Shown here piece after piece: positions 63,968 to 64,000 of a stretch of 64,000 nt of DNA. Source of the DNA: Lachnospiraceae bacterium (GTDB lineage: Bacteria > Bacillota > Clostridia > Lachnospirales > Lachnospiraceae); the NCBI GenBank assembly GCA_017394885.1, contig JAFPWO010000010.1, positions 152,010-216,009 on the forward strand. Reading direction: 5' to 3'. Positions within the stretch are counted from its first letter, which is position 1; every line of letters starts with the position of its first letter. The notes under the pieces were generated by a model. It was not told the DNA's origin, ran no database searches, and saw only the letters and a list, made by a program, of their open reading frames with translations. The translations under genes were made by a program, and so were the position numbers.

Positions 63968-64000
63968 ACGCCCACTCGAAGTTCTCTTTGCCTGCGGCGA

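Noticed and set aside
63968-64000. Possible 3' end of a minus-strand gene at the right edge (...AAGKENFEWA then stop)
   Set aside because: Only ~10 codons are visible, which is not enough sequence to support a call.

Overview
GC-rich (judged by eye, not computed) chromosomal window from a Gram-positive anaerobe. Gene content looks clostridial (NfnAB, Fhs/FolD, YitT, TraX, DUF1294, strong AGGAGG-type ribosome-binding sites); that taxonomic call is inference. I support 56 protein-coding genes plus 1 pseudogene, and 48 of the genes are on the minus strand in long co-directional runs with tiny or overlapping junctions. Recognisable content: two Opp/Dpp-type peptide ABC importers, one of them atypical; a homodimer-type ABC exporter; a MacB-like fused ABC protein; housekeeping genes sdaA, nfnAB, trpS, folD, fhs, prfB (with its +1 frameshift), secA, metG, lpd, tatA-tatA-tatC, ispF-ispE-ispD, rarA, lplA and proC; an FrlD-like kinase/amidohydrolase/YjbQ operon; several lipoproteins with acidic Pro/Thr/Glu linkers; and a decayed Phd-RelE/ParE toxin-antitoxin locus at the right edge. 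I saw no rRNA, tRNA, CRISPR array, transposase, integrase or phage genes. The best candidate for an undescribed system is the three-gene module at 47064..52804: a 1194-aa beta/alpha-solenoid giant, a degenerate Hsp70-fold protein and a TPR protein. Other leads are an Opp-type permease with an RCC1-like beta-propeller in its outer loop (415..2376), a possible bilin-reductase-fold protein (15195..15848), a 1035-aa HExxH lipoprotein, and a 36-40 nt intergenic repeat present three times. All homology statements come from reading the translations against remembered family motifs; no searches were run.
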